Numbered from the stretch's first letter, positions 9,267-17,056 are shown. The stretch: 17,166 nucleotides of DNA from Snowella sp. (GCA_035285545.1 JAYKGY010000028.1:1-17166), one strand, 5' to 3'. The notes: a model not told the origin generated them from the sequence alone. Translations and numbers: made by a program.

Positions 9267-9496
9267 TATTCAGAAAGCGTTTCTTCATATAAATATTGGT
9301 CAATTTTTTCAGACCAATCAGGAGTCCCCTGTAATTTTAAAGACTGGGCAGTTTTCAGAAACGTTTTGGGAGATTCGACTTCATTAGGCAATACACTTTC
9401 GACAATAATTCGCACTCTCGTACCTGTGGCTAGGTTTAGAGGCACTTCTGGTTGAAGAGCAGTCCCATCAAATATGGCTTCAAGTTCTTGGAGCAT
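9266..9496 (-). CDS. Antitoxin family protein (DUF104/AF2212-like)
   Basis: MLQELEAIFDGTALQPEVPLNLATGTRVRIIVE...PDWSEKIDQYLY. Probable ATG 9496. TAATG stop/start coupling to vapC, and a TATACT -10 candidate at 9532-9527. Confidence 0.82.
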   Translation of the reverse strand: MLQELEAIFDGTALQPEVPLNLATGTRVRIIVESVLPNEVESPKTFLKTAQSLKLQGTPDWSEKIDQYLYEETLSE

Positions 9497-9576
9497 GATT
9501 ATCACAAAGCTAGAGACCATTTTAATAGTATAGTCTAGCAACAAAAATAAATTTGGAATGATTTTGCTTGATTTCA

Positions 9577-9670
9577 GCGATCGCCAAATTTAGGAAAATT
9601 GTGCAATACCCAAGCCTTAGTCATCAATGTTGTTAACGGTTTACGCTATGCTAACCCATCCTACGCGATC
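9577..9670 (-). repeat. Island repeat copy 3 (full 94 bp)
   Basis: Starts with GCGATCGC (9577-9584) and ends ctacGCGATC. 11 mismatches in 94 nt against copy 4, no gaps. Confidence 0.95.
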
Positions 9671-9736
9671 CTGGAATCATTCCAATCCGTAGTTAAAATT
9701 CATATTCGGCTGTTTCGTAGTCACAGATACATTAGA

Positions 9737-10027
9737 TTACCAAAAAGGCTGATGTAACAGTTCAAGTGCGTTGCAAAAGCTATTAAGACGATTGAGTAAA
9801 GCGTTGTAGTAAGGGTAAGCATCCTTGCGTTCTTCTTGGAGACGAGCATATAAAGTTAGCTCTGGTTCTGGAGCTAGGCGATATTTTGGGATATCTAAAC
9901 CTGCTTCGGTTAAGCGCGTTGCCGCGATCGCAATAAGTAATGCTCCGATTGTATGGGATTTACCCTGATGAAGATCGTTGAGTCCAGGTAAGATTATCTC
10001 GGCTCCTGGTAAGTTGTTGAGACTCAT
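9737..10027 (-). CDS. Small hypothetical helical protein, partner of the nucleotidyltransferase
   Basis: 96 aa ORF with an ATGA overlap (10024-10027) to the upstream gene. No motif recognised. Confidence 0.75.
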   Translation of the reverse strand: MSLNNLPGAEIILPGLNDLHQGKSHTIGALLIAIAATRLTEAGLDIPKYRLAPEPELTLYARLQEERKDAYPYYNALLNRLNSFCNALELLHQPFW

Positions 10028-10569
10028 TTTTGCTTCTCCTCATCTTCAAAATGCTTGATGAAATTCTCGACTCTGCTTCTCAGTACATCAGAATTAAGCG
10101 AAGGAAATCGGATTAGTTCGGGGGCGATGGCCTCAAAGCAATCCCGTAGATTATTCAAAGAGAATAGTTGCTGATTGTACATTGCTTCAGCATCTTTCAG
10201 GTCGCGGTCAAAACCTCTGGATAGTTTAGAAAGGGCTTGGGCTGTAAAATCGTAGTGATAAAATGAAATTTGACCCCGTTTACCAATAAATACGCTTCTA
10301 TCACGCCATCCTGGGAGAGGTGGTAAAAAATCCTGCGGGGAGGCAAGTTCAATATTAATGTTCAATTCTTGCTTGAGCTTGGCGATCGCTTGGAAAATTC
10401 CTGATGGTTCTGGATCTAGACGAATATCTATATCAACGGTAGAACTACGCCAACCAATGAGTAAAGCACTCGCACCGCCTGTAAAGTAGATACATCCTGA
10501 ACTACTAGCTTCTTTGCCTAATGCTTCCATGAGTTGTTCGATTTTCTGAGCATCTACATTTGGACGCAT
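10024..10569 (-). CDS. Putative Pol-beta-superfamily nucleotidyltransferase (DUF6036-like)
   Basis: YFTGGASALL...RSSTVDIDI (GG...DxD) and ALSKLSRGFDRDLKD motifs. Confidence 0.8.
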   Translation of the reverse strand: MRPNVDAQKIEQLMEALGKEASSSGCIYFTGGASALLIGWRSSTVDIDIRLDPEPSGIFQAIAKLKQELNINIELASPQDFLPPLPGWRDRSVFIGKRGQISFYHYDFTAQALSKLSRGFDRDLKDAEAMYNQQLFSLNNLRDCFEAIAPELIRFPSLNSDVLRSRVENFIKHFEDEEKQK

Positions 10570-10679
10570 AATTCGGCAATTTACATCAGCCTCTCTAATT
10601 TAGCAGATTGTAATTGATGCAGATGTTTTTCTCGCAATCAGTGCTTACCAGAGATCTCCTCTTTCCTTTACGCTAAAAA

Positions 10680-10773
10680 GCGATCGCCAAATTTAGGAAA
10701 CTTTTGTAATACTCAAGCCTTAATCATCAATGTTTCTGACGAGTTACGCTATGCTAACCCATCCTACGTGATC
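10680..10773 (-). repeat. Island repeat copy 4 (full 94 bp)
   Basis: Starts with GCGATCGC (10680-10687), ends ctacGTGATC, and lies 4 bp from the GNAT stop codon. Confidence 0.95.
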
Positions 10774-10777
10774 AACT

Positions 10778-11260
10778 TTATACTAATTTCTTTTCCCAGA
10801 ATAATGCTTTGCCCATTTTGGGATTTAGCTCATAGCCACTGAATCCAAACGCCTTATATGCTGATTGAGCAACATGATTTCCTTCAAGTACTTCTAGAGT
10901 AAGTTTACAGCAGCCCAAATCGAATGCAATCTCCTCTGCTTTCTGTAAAAGAAGTTTGGACAAGCCTCTTCCACGGTACGGTAAAGCAACAATGGCATCA
11001 TGGATATTTAGTAATGGCTTGCAAGCAAACGTAGAAAATCCTTCTAAGCAAACAACAAGACCTGCGGGTTGAGAATCAACAAATGCGAGAATGACATGAG
11101 CTGATTTTCTCTTTGCAAGCTCTATTGGAAGATTTTCCTTAACGTAATCGGGTAGACCTTGACCACCACCCATTGGGTCAAGTGCATACTCATCCATTAA
11201 TTGGATCATAGCTTCCGCATGAGCAGATAAACTAAGGTCTGCTTTTACAATGTCAATCAT
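10778..11260 (-). CDS. GNAT family N-acetyltransferase
   Basis: GFSTFACKPLLNIHD, acetyl-CoA motif YRGRGLSKLLL, and LTLEVLEGNHVAQSAYKAFGF. Confidence 0.93.
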   Translation of the reverse strand: MIDIVKADLSLSAHAEAMIQLMDEYALDPMGGGQGLPDYVKENLPIELAKRKSAHVILAFVDSQPAGLVVCLEGFSTFACKPLLNIHDAIVALPYRGRGLSKLLLQKAEEIAFDLGCCKLTLEVLEGNHVAQSAYKAFGFSGYELNPKMGKALFWEKKLV

Positions 11261-11299
11261 CTATCTATCAATTTCTTGACTCTTCTACATTAACAATTG

Positions 11300-11325
11300 T
11301 CGGCATAACCGACCCCGTTAGCTGG
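11300..11325 (-). other. Integron-like cassette junction (collapsed attC-like site)
   Basis: Minus strand reads CCAGCTAAC-GGGGTCG-GTTATGCCGA: an inverse-core-like box, 7 bp, then a core-like box 49 bp before the GNAT ATG. Confidence 0.5.
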
Positions 11326-11368
11326 TATCTAAACTACTAAATTTGCTAAACTTTTGCTGAGATCAAAA

Positions 11369-13093
11369 CTAAATTCCCCAAACATTTTGATAGCAATACC
11401 TAGCGAGGCTTTCCGTCCTTTTCTCTATCGAATTGGCGTTCCACGGTGCTGCATACTCTGCCGCAAACTCCCTCGGCAAAGAATATTGAGACTTTTCGTA
11501 GATAGACAGCTTATCAACAATTGGTTTATCTTTTGCTTTTTCATTAAGTTCTTGGCTTAATGGCAAAAGGTTACCAATTTTACCAATAATCTCCTTATCG
11601 TTATTAGACTGGCAAAGTATGTGCTCAAGACTGATATTTTCTGGTACTAGCTCGTTTGTCACTAATTTACTTCGCTCAATTTTATTGAATATATATTGTA
11701 TTAACTTCTTGTCTCGTGTATATCCATTATAAAATTTCAATTCTTTAAGCTTATCTATAAATACTGTTTCATCAGGTATTCTTGCAGTGAGGTTTTCTTT
11801 TAGTGTATTAAGTATTTCTTTTGCTTTTCTCTTATCTGAAGCGGATTGAAGATCCCTTGCTGCACGAGAATAACTTCCCTCAACACCAGAAGGTCTCAAA
11901 GAACACACTGCATTAAAGATAAAATGAAATCGTTCAAGAAATAGCATAATTTCTTTTTGATCATCCAATTTGATAATTCTCTTTCCTCTTGCTTGAAATA
12001 AACTCAACAGAAATGGTCTCTGTTGAGTGATATTGAATATCTTAAATGCAGATAATGCATTATATATAGGTCTCTCCTCTTGCTGCTTGAAGTCTTCCTG
12101 GAGTGGAGATGCAATCTTTATGTATGCCTCAGCGTCGGAATGAAGTTCTTTGATGAAAACCTTTGCATCAATTTTGTTTTCTAGCCAAAGTTTCTTGAAG
12201 TTTTTGTAAATATTTTCCTCACCTACATAAGAGTACTTTGCTATCCACCAATGACGAACAAAGGTCTCTAAGTTGCCTACACTCTCTCTAGAAGAAATAA
12301 CCGATCTAATATTCTTCCAAGTTGTTTTTGCATCATCATCTGGATGAGTATCACTTAGCTCTTTAAACAATCTATTCTTAATGAGATCTACAAAGCTAAG
12401 ATTCATGCCTCTAGCATTGAGAGTTTCAAAAATTGTATAAGCTTCGTCCTCCTCTTTAACAGTTATAAAGATTACTTTTAAGTACTTTACAACTTGATCG
12501 CGAACAGCCCTAAGTAAAACTTCATATTTTTCATCACTAATTCTCTTACTCATGCGAAAGCGGCTTGCAAGATTGTCCTTGGAAGTAAAGCTATAAAAAT
12601 CTTGATATGAAGACAATAAGGTTTTCTCCTCATCGCTTTGAGGAGTAGATTGTTCTTTGTTAATATACTGAATACTTTTTTGGAAAAACGGCTTAGGAGT
12701 TTCATTGTCTAATTTAAAGTAATTCCTTCCATCATCATCTTGCCCTTCTATATAGTTCTTGAAAATTGCTTCTGCAAGATTCTCTTTCTCTAGCTTCTTA
12801 AATCTCTCACACAAAACAGATAGGAGAATAGTAATTGTTGTAAGCCTCTGCTGCCCATCCACAATTTGCATGACATTTGATTTATCATCACCAACGAGTA
12901 CAAGAGCACCAATAAAATACTCCTCATGGCTTATAACTTCACCATTGATCTCAATATTGCTCGTAATGTCCTCCCATAACTCCTTGACTTGTTCTTTTGA
13001 CCACGAATACGCACGCTGAAAACGAGGAACAACATATTTCCGTTTCACTGAAAACAAGTCAGAAATTGTTCTGGTATATGCGTGAAGTTCCAT
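11369..13093 (-). CDS. DUF262 + DUF1524 (HNH) protein, GmrSD/SspE-like putative modification-dependent restriction enzyme
   Basis: VPRFQRAYSW, IVDGQQRLTT and FETLNARG (DUF262). SLEHILCQ...IGNLLPLSQELNEKAKDK (DUF1524 HNH-like). Visibly AT-rich, no HIP1 site. Confidence 0.9.
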   Translation of the reverse strand: MELHAYTRTISDLFSVKRKYVVPRFQRAYSWSKEQVKELWEDITSNIEINGEVISHEEYFIGALVLVGDDKSNVMQIVDGQQRLTTITILLSVLCERFKKLEKENLAEAIFKNYIEGQDDDGRNYFKLDNETPKPFFQKSIQYINKEQSTPQSDEEKTLLSSYQDFYSFTSKDNLASRFRMSKRISDEKYEVLLRAVRDQVVKYLKVIFITVKEEDEAYTIFETLNARGMNLSFVDLIKNRLFKELSDTHPDDDAKTTWKNIRSVISSRESVGNLETFVRHWWIAKYSYVGEENIYKNFKKLWLENKIDAKVFIKELHSDAEAYIKIASPLQEDFKQQEERPIYNALSAFKIFNITQQRPFLLSLFQARGKRIIKLDDQKEIMLFLERFHFIFNAVCSLRPSGVEGSYSRAARDLQSASDKRKAKEILNTLKENLTARIPDETVFIDKLKELKFYNGYTRDKKLIQYIFNKIERSKLVTNELVPENISLEHILCQSNNDKEIIGKIGNLLPLSQELNEKAKDKPIVDKLSIYEKSQYSLPREFAAEYAAPWNANSIEKRTESLARYCYQNVWGI

Positions 13094-13310
13094 ATCTTTA
13101 CATACTTACAATTTAATAGTGCTGAACCCAAAGCTGGACTATCATGCAACAGATTCTATGCCTGAGTATTTGCAGATAGGATCAATGATAATTACTCTTT
13201 ACCCACAGTGTCACTAATTGCCCCTCGCCACTGCGTTCATCCTTAACCTTCTGAGTGCTTTCGGGTCTGCCAATCACCTTGAAAGACGAGGGCAAAGACT
13301 CTCAGCGGAG

Positions 13311-13388
13311 CCAGCTAACTATTGATTATACAGAAACTTTCCGTATAAGACTCTCCAGAGTAACTATATGTGGAAACTGTGGTTATAT
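13311..13388 (-). other. attI-like / attC-half recombination site candidate
   Basis: Minus strand ...TTATACGGAAAGTTTCTGTATAAT-CAATA-GTTAGCTGG has an L-box, 5 bp, R-box arrangement. A 23 bp near-palindrome lies at 13326-13348 and an ACTCT-CC-AGAGT hairpin at 13350-13361. Confidence 0.45.
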
Positions 13389-13490
13389 CACCCTATTTTA
13401 GCGAGATCGCAAGAATTTTTCTATAACATCATAATAAGCGTGTTATGTCGATCAGTGTATTCTTTTAAAGCGATCGCGTAAGTTTATGTC

Positions 13491-13520
13491 AAAAAAAAAG
13501 GTGGGCTATTAAACCCACCC
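13491..13520 (-). terminator. Intrinsic terminator of ndhD1
   Basis: Minus strand GGTGGG-TTTAATAG-CCCACC followed by 9 T, about 12 bp after the stop. Confidence 0.85.
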
Positions 13521-13531
13521 TGACTTAACAT

Positions 13532-15115
13532 TTAACTACCAATGTCAGGAGCCTTAAGAGCTAACTTGTTGTCTAAAGAAAGAGCCGTTTGCTCGGCTAA
13601 ACTGGGGACTGCTTGGCGTTCCCTGACGGTTAACTGATGAATAGAAGCATCATAGATTTGGGTAATGAGCTTGGGGTAGAAACCAATGCCAATAATGGGA
13701 ACCAATAAACAGCCAATAATGAAAACTTCGCGGGGTTCCGCATCAATAAGGGCGTGTTTTTTCGTGAGTTCTTTATTTTCAGGGCCGTAAAGGATTTCCC
13801 GTAACATCGAGAGTAGATAAATCGGAGTCAAAATAACGCCAACTCCCATTAAGACCACAATAATAGAACGGAAAACGACATTATAGGCATCACTAGTGGC
13901 AAAGCCGACGAAAACCATCAATTCTGCTACAAATCCGCTCATCCCAGGCAATGCTAACGACGCTAGGGAGCAAGCTGTCCACATGGCAAAGACTTTTTTC
14001 ATTTTCTGCCCAATTCCGCCCATTTCATCCAACATCAAGGTATGGGTACGGTCGTAGGTACAGCCCACCATAAAAAATAGACTGGCTCCGATTAAACCGT
14101 GAGAAATCATCTGTAACATTGCGCCACTGGTTCCTAAATCGGTAAAAGAGGCTAGACCGATCAAAACAAAGCCCATGTGGGAAATGGATGAGTAGGCAAT
14201 TTTGCGCTTGAGGTTGCGTTGAGCAAAGGAGGTTAAGGCCGCATAGATGATGTTTACCACCCCTAAGATAACGAGAACAGGAGCAAAAACCGCATGGGCA
14301 TCGGGTAGCATACCTGCATTCATCCGAAAGAGTGCGTATCCGCCCATTTTTAACAAGATTCCTGCTAGGAGCATATGGGCCGGTGCGGTAGCTTCTCCGT
14401 GGGCATCGGGTAACCAGGTATGTAGCGGAAAGATGGGAAGTTTTACGCCATAGGCAATTAGTAAACCGGCATACAGTAATAGCTGCAAGTTAACGGGAAA
14501 ATTCTTAGCCGCGATCGCCGACATATCGAAAGTAGCCGTATCGCCATAAAAGGCCATCGTTAAAGCCGCAATGAGAATAAATAAAGATCCCCCTGCGGTA
14601 TAGAGAATAAACTTGGTTGCTGCATAAAGACGACGTTTTCCGCCCCAAATTGAGAGAATAAGGTAAACCGGAACCAATTCCAACTCCCAAACGAGGAAGA
14701 ACAGTAACATATCCTGCACGGCAAATACTGCAATCTGTCCCCCATACATGGCCAACATCAGGAAGTAGAACAGCTTGGGTTTGAGGGTTACCGGCCAGGC
14801 CGCCATAATCGCAAGAGTGGTAATAAACCCCGTCAAGATAATCAACGGCATGGAAAGCCCATCGGCTCCCACCGACCATTTCAGGTCAATTTGGGGCAAC
14901 CAGGTATAACTTTCGACTAATTGTAAGTTAGGATTGCTGAGGTCGTAATTGTTGTAGAAGGCATAGATAATAAAAGCAAAGTCTATTAATCCCACAATCA
15001 GGGAATACCACCTAACCGTTTTGCCATCTTTATCGGGAATAATCGGAATAAAGAGGGCCGCTACGATGGGAAACAGAATGATCAGGGTTAACCAAGGTAT
15101 GTTTGTGATGTTCAT
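13532..15115 (-). CDS. ndhD1: NAD(P)H-quinone oxidoreductase subunit 4 (NdhD1 type)
   Basis: [10 protein letters not shown]...[42 protein letters not shown] and [10 protein letters not shown]. The N-terminus resembles NdhD1, but the paralog call is less certain than the family. Confidence 0.92.
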   Translation of the reverse strand: MNITNIPWLTLIILFPIVAALFIPIIPDKDGKTVRWYSLIVGLIDFAFIIYAFYNNYDLSNPNLQLVESYTWLPQIDLKWSVGADGLSMPLIILTGFITTLAIMAAWPVTLKPKLFYFLMLAMYGGQIAVFAVQDMLLFFLVWELELVPVYLILSIWGGKRRLYAATKFILYTAGGSLFILIAALTMAFYGDTATFDMSAIAAKNFPVNLQLLLYAGLLIAYGVKLPIFPLHTWLPDAHGEATAPAHMLLAGILLKMGGYALFRMNAGMLPDAHAVFAPVLVILGVVNIIYAALTSFAQRNLKRKIAYSSISHMGFVLIGLASFTDLGTSGAMLQMISHGLIGASLFFMVGCTYDRTHTLMLDEMGGIGQKMKKVFAMWTACSLASLALPGMSGFVAELMVFVGFATSDAYNVVFRSIIVVLMGVGVILTPIYLLSMLREILYGPENKELTKKHALIDAEPREVFIIGCLLVPIIGIGFYPKLITQIYDASIHQLTVRERQAVPSLAEQTALSLDNKLALKAPDIGS

Positions 15116-15501
15116 AAAACCTTATTAAGTCGCAGATTCAAATGGTAAGAAGCGATCGCTGCCAAAAGTAAGTATCGATCAGTAGAGATTGTCGATAGGC
15201 CATAACAATGTTAACGGGATATCACTTTACCAATTTAATCTAGCAGCCTTTTTCGAGAGAATCCATAGAAAAAATGTTAAATTTCGTATCTGAAATTCTG
15301 TTATTAATTCAATGTAGAAAAAACTATCTATTTGACTTAAAAAGCTCTTCCCGTAAGCATTAATGAGATTTGATAACACCTTTAAATTTGTTCTGATCCC
15401 CTGATAGATAGCAACTGAAAAAAGAAAAACTGACATTCGCGCCATCCCAAAAACAGGACTTATGATTAAGAAATGTATCGCTATTTTTGTTGAAGGTTTT
15501 G

Positions 15502-16017
15502 ATGAAAAATATCATTGTTGGGGTTATGGGGCCAGGAGAATCTGCTACCCCGATTGATTTGGAAAACGCCTACCAACTCGGAAAACTCATCGCCCAAGCG
15601 CATTGGATTTTATTAACAGGGGGTCGGTCTTCAGGAGTCATGGAAGCCGCTAATCAGGGTGCGAAAAGTGAGCAGGGCTTAACCTTGGGAATTTTGCCGA
15701 ATAATTCGTTAAACGGTGCCTCAGACTCGGTGGATATTGCGATTTTGACTGATGTGGGACAAGCTCGAAATAATATTAATGTCCTCACATCCCATATTGT
15801 GATTGCCTGCGGAATGGGGTTAGGAACGGCTTCCGAGGTAGCTTTGGCGTTAAAACAAGGAAAATTCGTCATTCTGTTGACCCAAAACTCCTTAGCGCAG
15901 CAATTTTTCTCTGAATTAGCTCCTAATCAAGTTTATATTGCAACCGATCCTCCCGCCGCGATCGCCTACATCAACAGATTCCTTAAACCTGACCATCACA
16001 GCAGTAAAAAAAACTAG
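15502..16017 (+). CDS. TIGR00725 family (LOG/SLOG superfamily) protein
   Basis: IVGVMGPG, LLTGGRSSGVMEAANQGAK, ARNNINVLTS and GTASEVALAL. Probable ATG 15502. Confidence 0.88.
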   Translation: MKNIIVGVMGPGESATPIDLENAYQLGKLIAQAHWILLTGGRSSGVMEAANQGAKSEQGLTLGILPNNSLNGASDSVDIAILTDVGQARNNINVLTSHIVIACGMGLGTASEVALALKQGKFVILLTQNSLAQQFFSELAPNQVYIATDPPAAIAYINRFLKPDHHSSKKN

Positions 16018-16214
16018 CATTGAAATCCTCAACACTAGCTATCAATTCTGTTTAGTTTTACGATTTATTAACAAGAAATCTCAGAAAGTCAACGCTAAAC
16101 GAATGATTGACATTCATTTATTTAAAGTAAATGCGAATAAACATTACTGCGCTAACTCACCAAGACGTTTAGGAAAACAAAGGAAACCTCAAAAATTCAC
16201 TGAGGACAAAGGAA

Positions 16215-16433
16215 TTAGGATACGGTGCGACTAACGTGGTCAGTCATAAATCCCCAGAAGTGGAGAAAACCTTGATTGGAAAATACTTCAATTAAAATCG
16301 CAGACAGAAAACCAATCATTGCAAAACGGCCATTCCAAATTTCTGCTTGGGGAGTCCAACCAAAAAGCCAACGGTTACGTTCCGGGTTTAAAGCGTCAGC
16401 GTCGTTTGTATTAGCAGGATTGTAAGAAGACAT
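16215..16433 (-). CDS. hli: High light inducible protein (HliA/HliB-type, one-helix CAB-like)
   Basis: FGWTPQAEIWNGRFAMIGF contains the ExxNGRxAM chlorophyll-binding motif. Confidence 0.93.
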   Translation of the reverse strand: MSSYNPANTNDADALNPERNRWLFGWTPQAEIWNGRFAMIGFLSAILIEVFSNQGFLHFWGFMTDHVSRTVS

Positions 16434-17056
16434 AGTAATAATTCTCCAAAATTGTGCTTATCATCATGCGCGATTAAGCGCGTAGTAACCGATCTCTATC
16501 ACAGCCATTAATAATTAAACTAATTAAACTGTTCTTAAAAATCGTTAATATTTAGCATGACAAAACAATGTTAGAAATTATGTTTTAATCAACGTTTTAT
16601 TCTGTATGAATTGTATAAATTGTTTCAAAAAAGAAAAAACTATTAGGTATATATTTTTAGCTTTGATAATCGCTATTGATTTCTATCTCTAGGATGTCTT
16701 CATTAATAGAAAGATACACTACATTCAGCCGGCAGCAAACTTGAAAAGGGTTAATCCGACATTTCCATAATTGACGAGAGAGAGAAAAAATTAAGAAGCT
16801 GTTAGCAAGATCCAGGAACAAAAATAACGAATGAGGAGTAAAAAACTCTATAGACCGCAATTCTCAAGATAAAAAAGCGAATGAAAGCGTTGATACAATA
16901 CCTTACGTTAAAATAAAGGAAAAAAGCAGAAAAAGACAAATTTGGCAAAGAAAGCGATCGCTGAGTTAGGGATTGATCTCGAAAGTGATGATCCTACTCA
17001 AGAGAGTATCAAGCAGATAATGCTAGTCTATAAAAGAGTCAAGGTTAAGGAACAGA

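Larger units (their letters stand above)
1938..16961. repeat. HIP1 (GCGATCGC) dispersed octamer, about 21 copies
   Basis: Examples at 1938, 8110, 8841, 9229, 9577, 9924, 10382, 10680 and 13470. Far above chance for an 8-mer in 17 kb, a hallmark of many cyanobacteria. Confidence 0.95.

Noticed and set aside
9598..9630. Portable promoter inside the repeat (minus strand TTGATG-18-CACAAT)
   Set aside because: The putative -10 is not conserved in copies 2 and 4 (CAAAAT, CAAAAG).
8064..10773. Repeats read as a CRISPR array
   Set aside because: Units are ~94 bp, separated by 600-1000 bp holding whole genes, and no cas genes are present.
8719..10773. Repeats read as canonical attC sites or MITEs
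   Set aside because: No RYYYAAC...GTTRRRY ends or full-length palindrome, and no terminal inverted repeats beyond the HIP1-like ends or clear target duplications.
13338..13365. dif/pdif site (TTTCCGTATAA resembles a XerC arm)
   Set aside because: No TTATGTTAAAT-like XerD arm after a 6 bp spacer.
394..14879. Short ORFs overlapping the called genes (e.g. 394-684, 1093-1383, 1878-2264, 2857-3093, 12759-13019, 14505-14879)
   Set aside because: Antisense or out-of-frame shadows of well-supported genes, with no motifs.
16530..16630. HLR1 (RpaB) site upstream of hli
   Set aside because: Expected from known hli regulation, but only degenerate half-sites or wrong spacing are visible in AT-rich DNA.
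15227..16860. Small ORFs 15227-15445, 15938-16234 and 16657-16860 (also 6934-7131)
   Set aside because: AT-rich or overlapping ORFs with no recognisable domain, lying in probable promoter or spacer regions.
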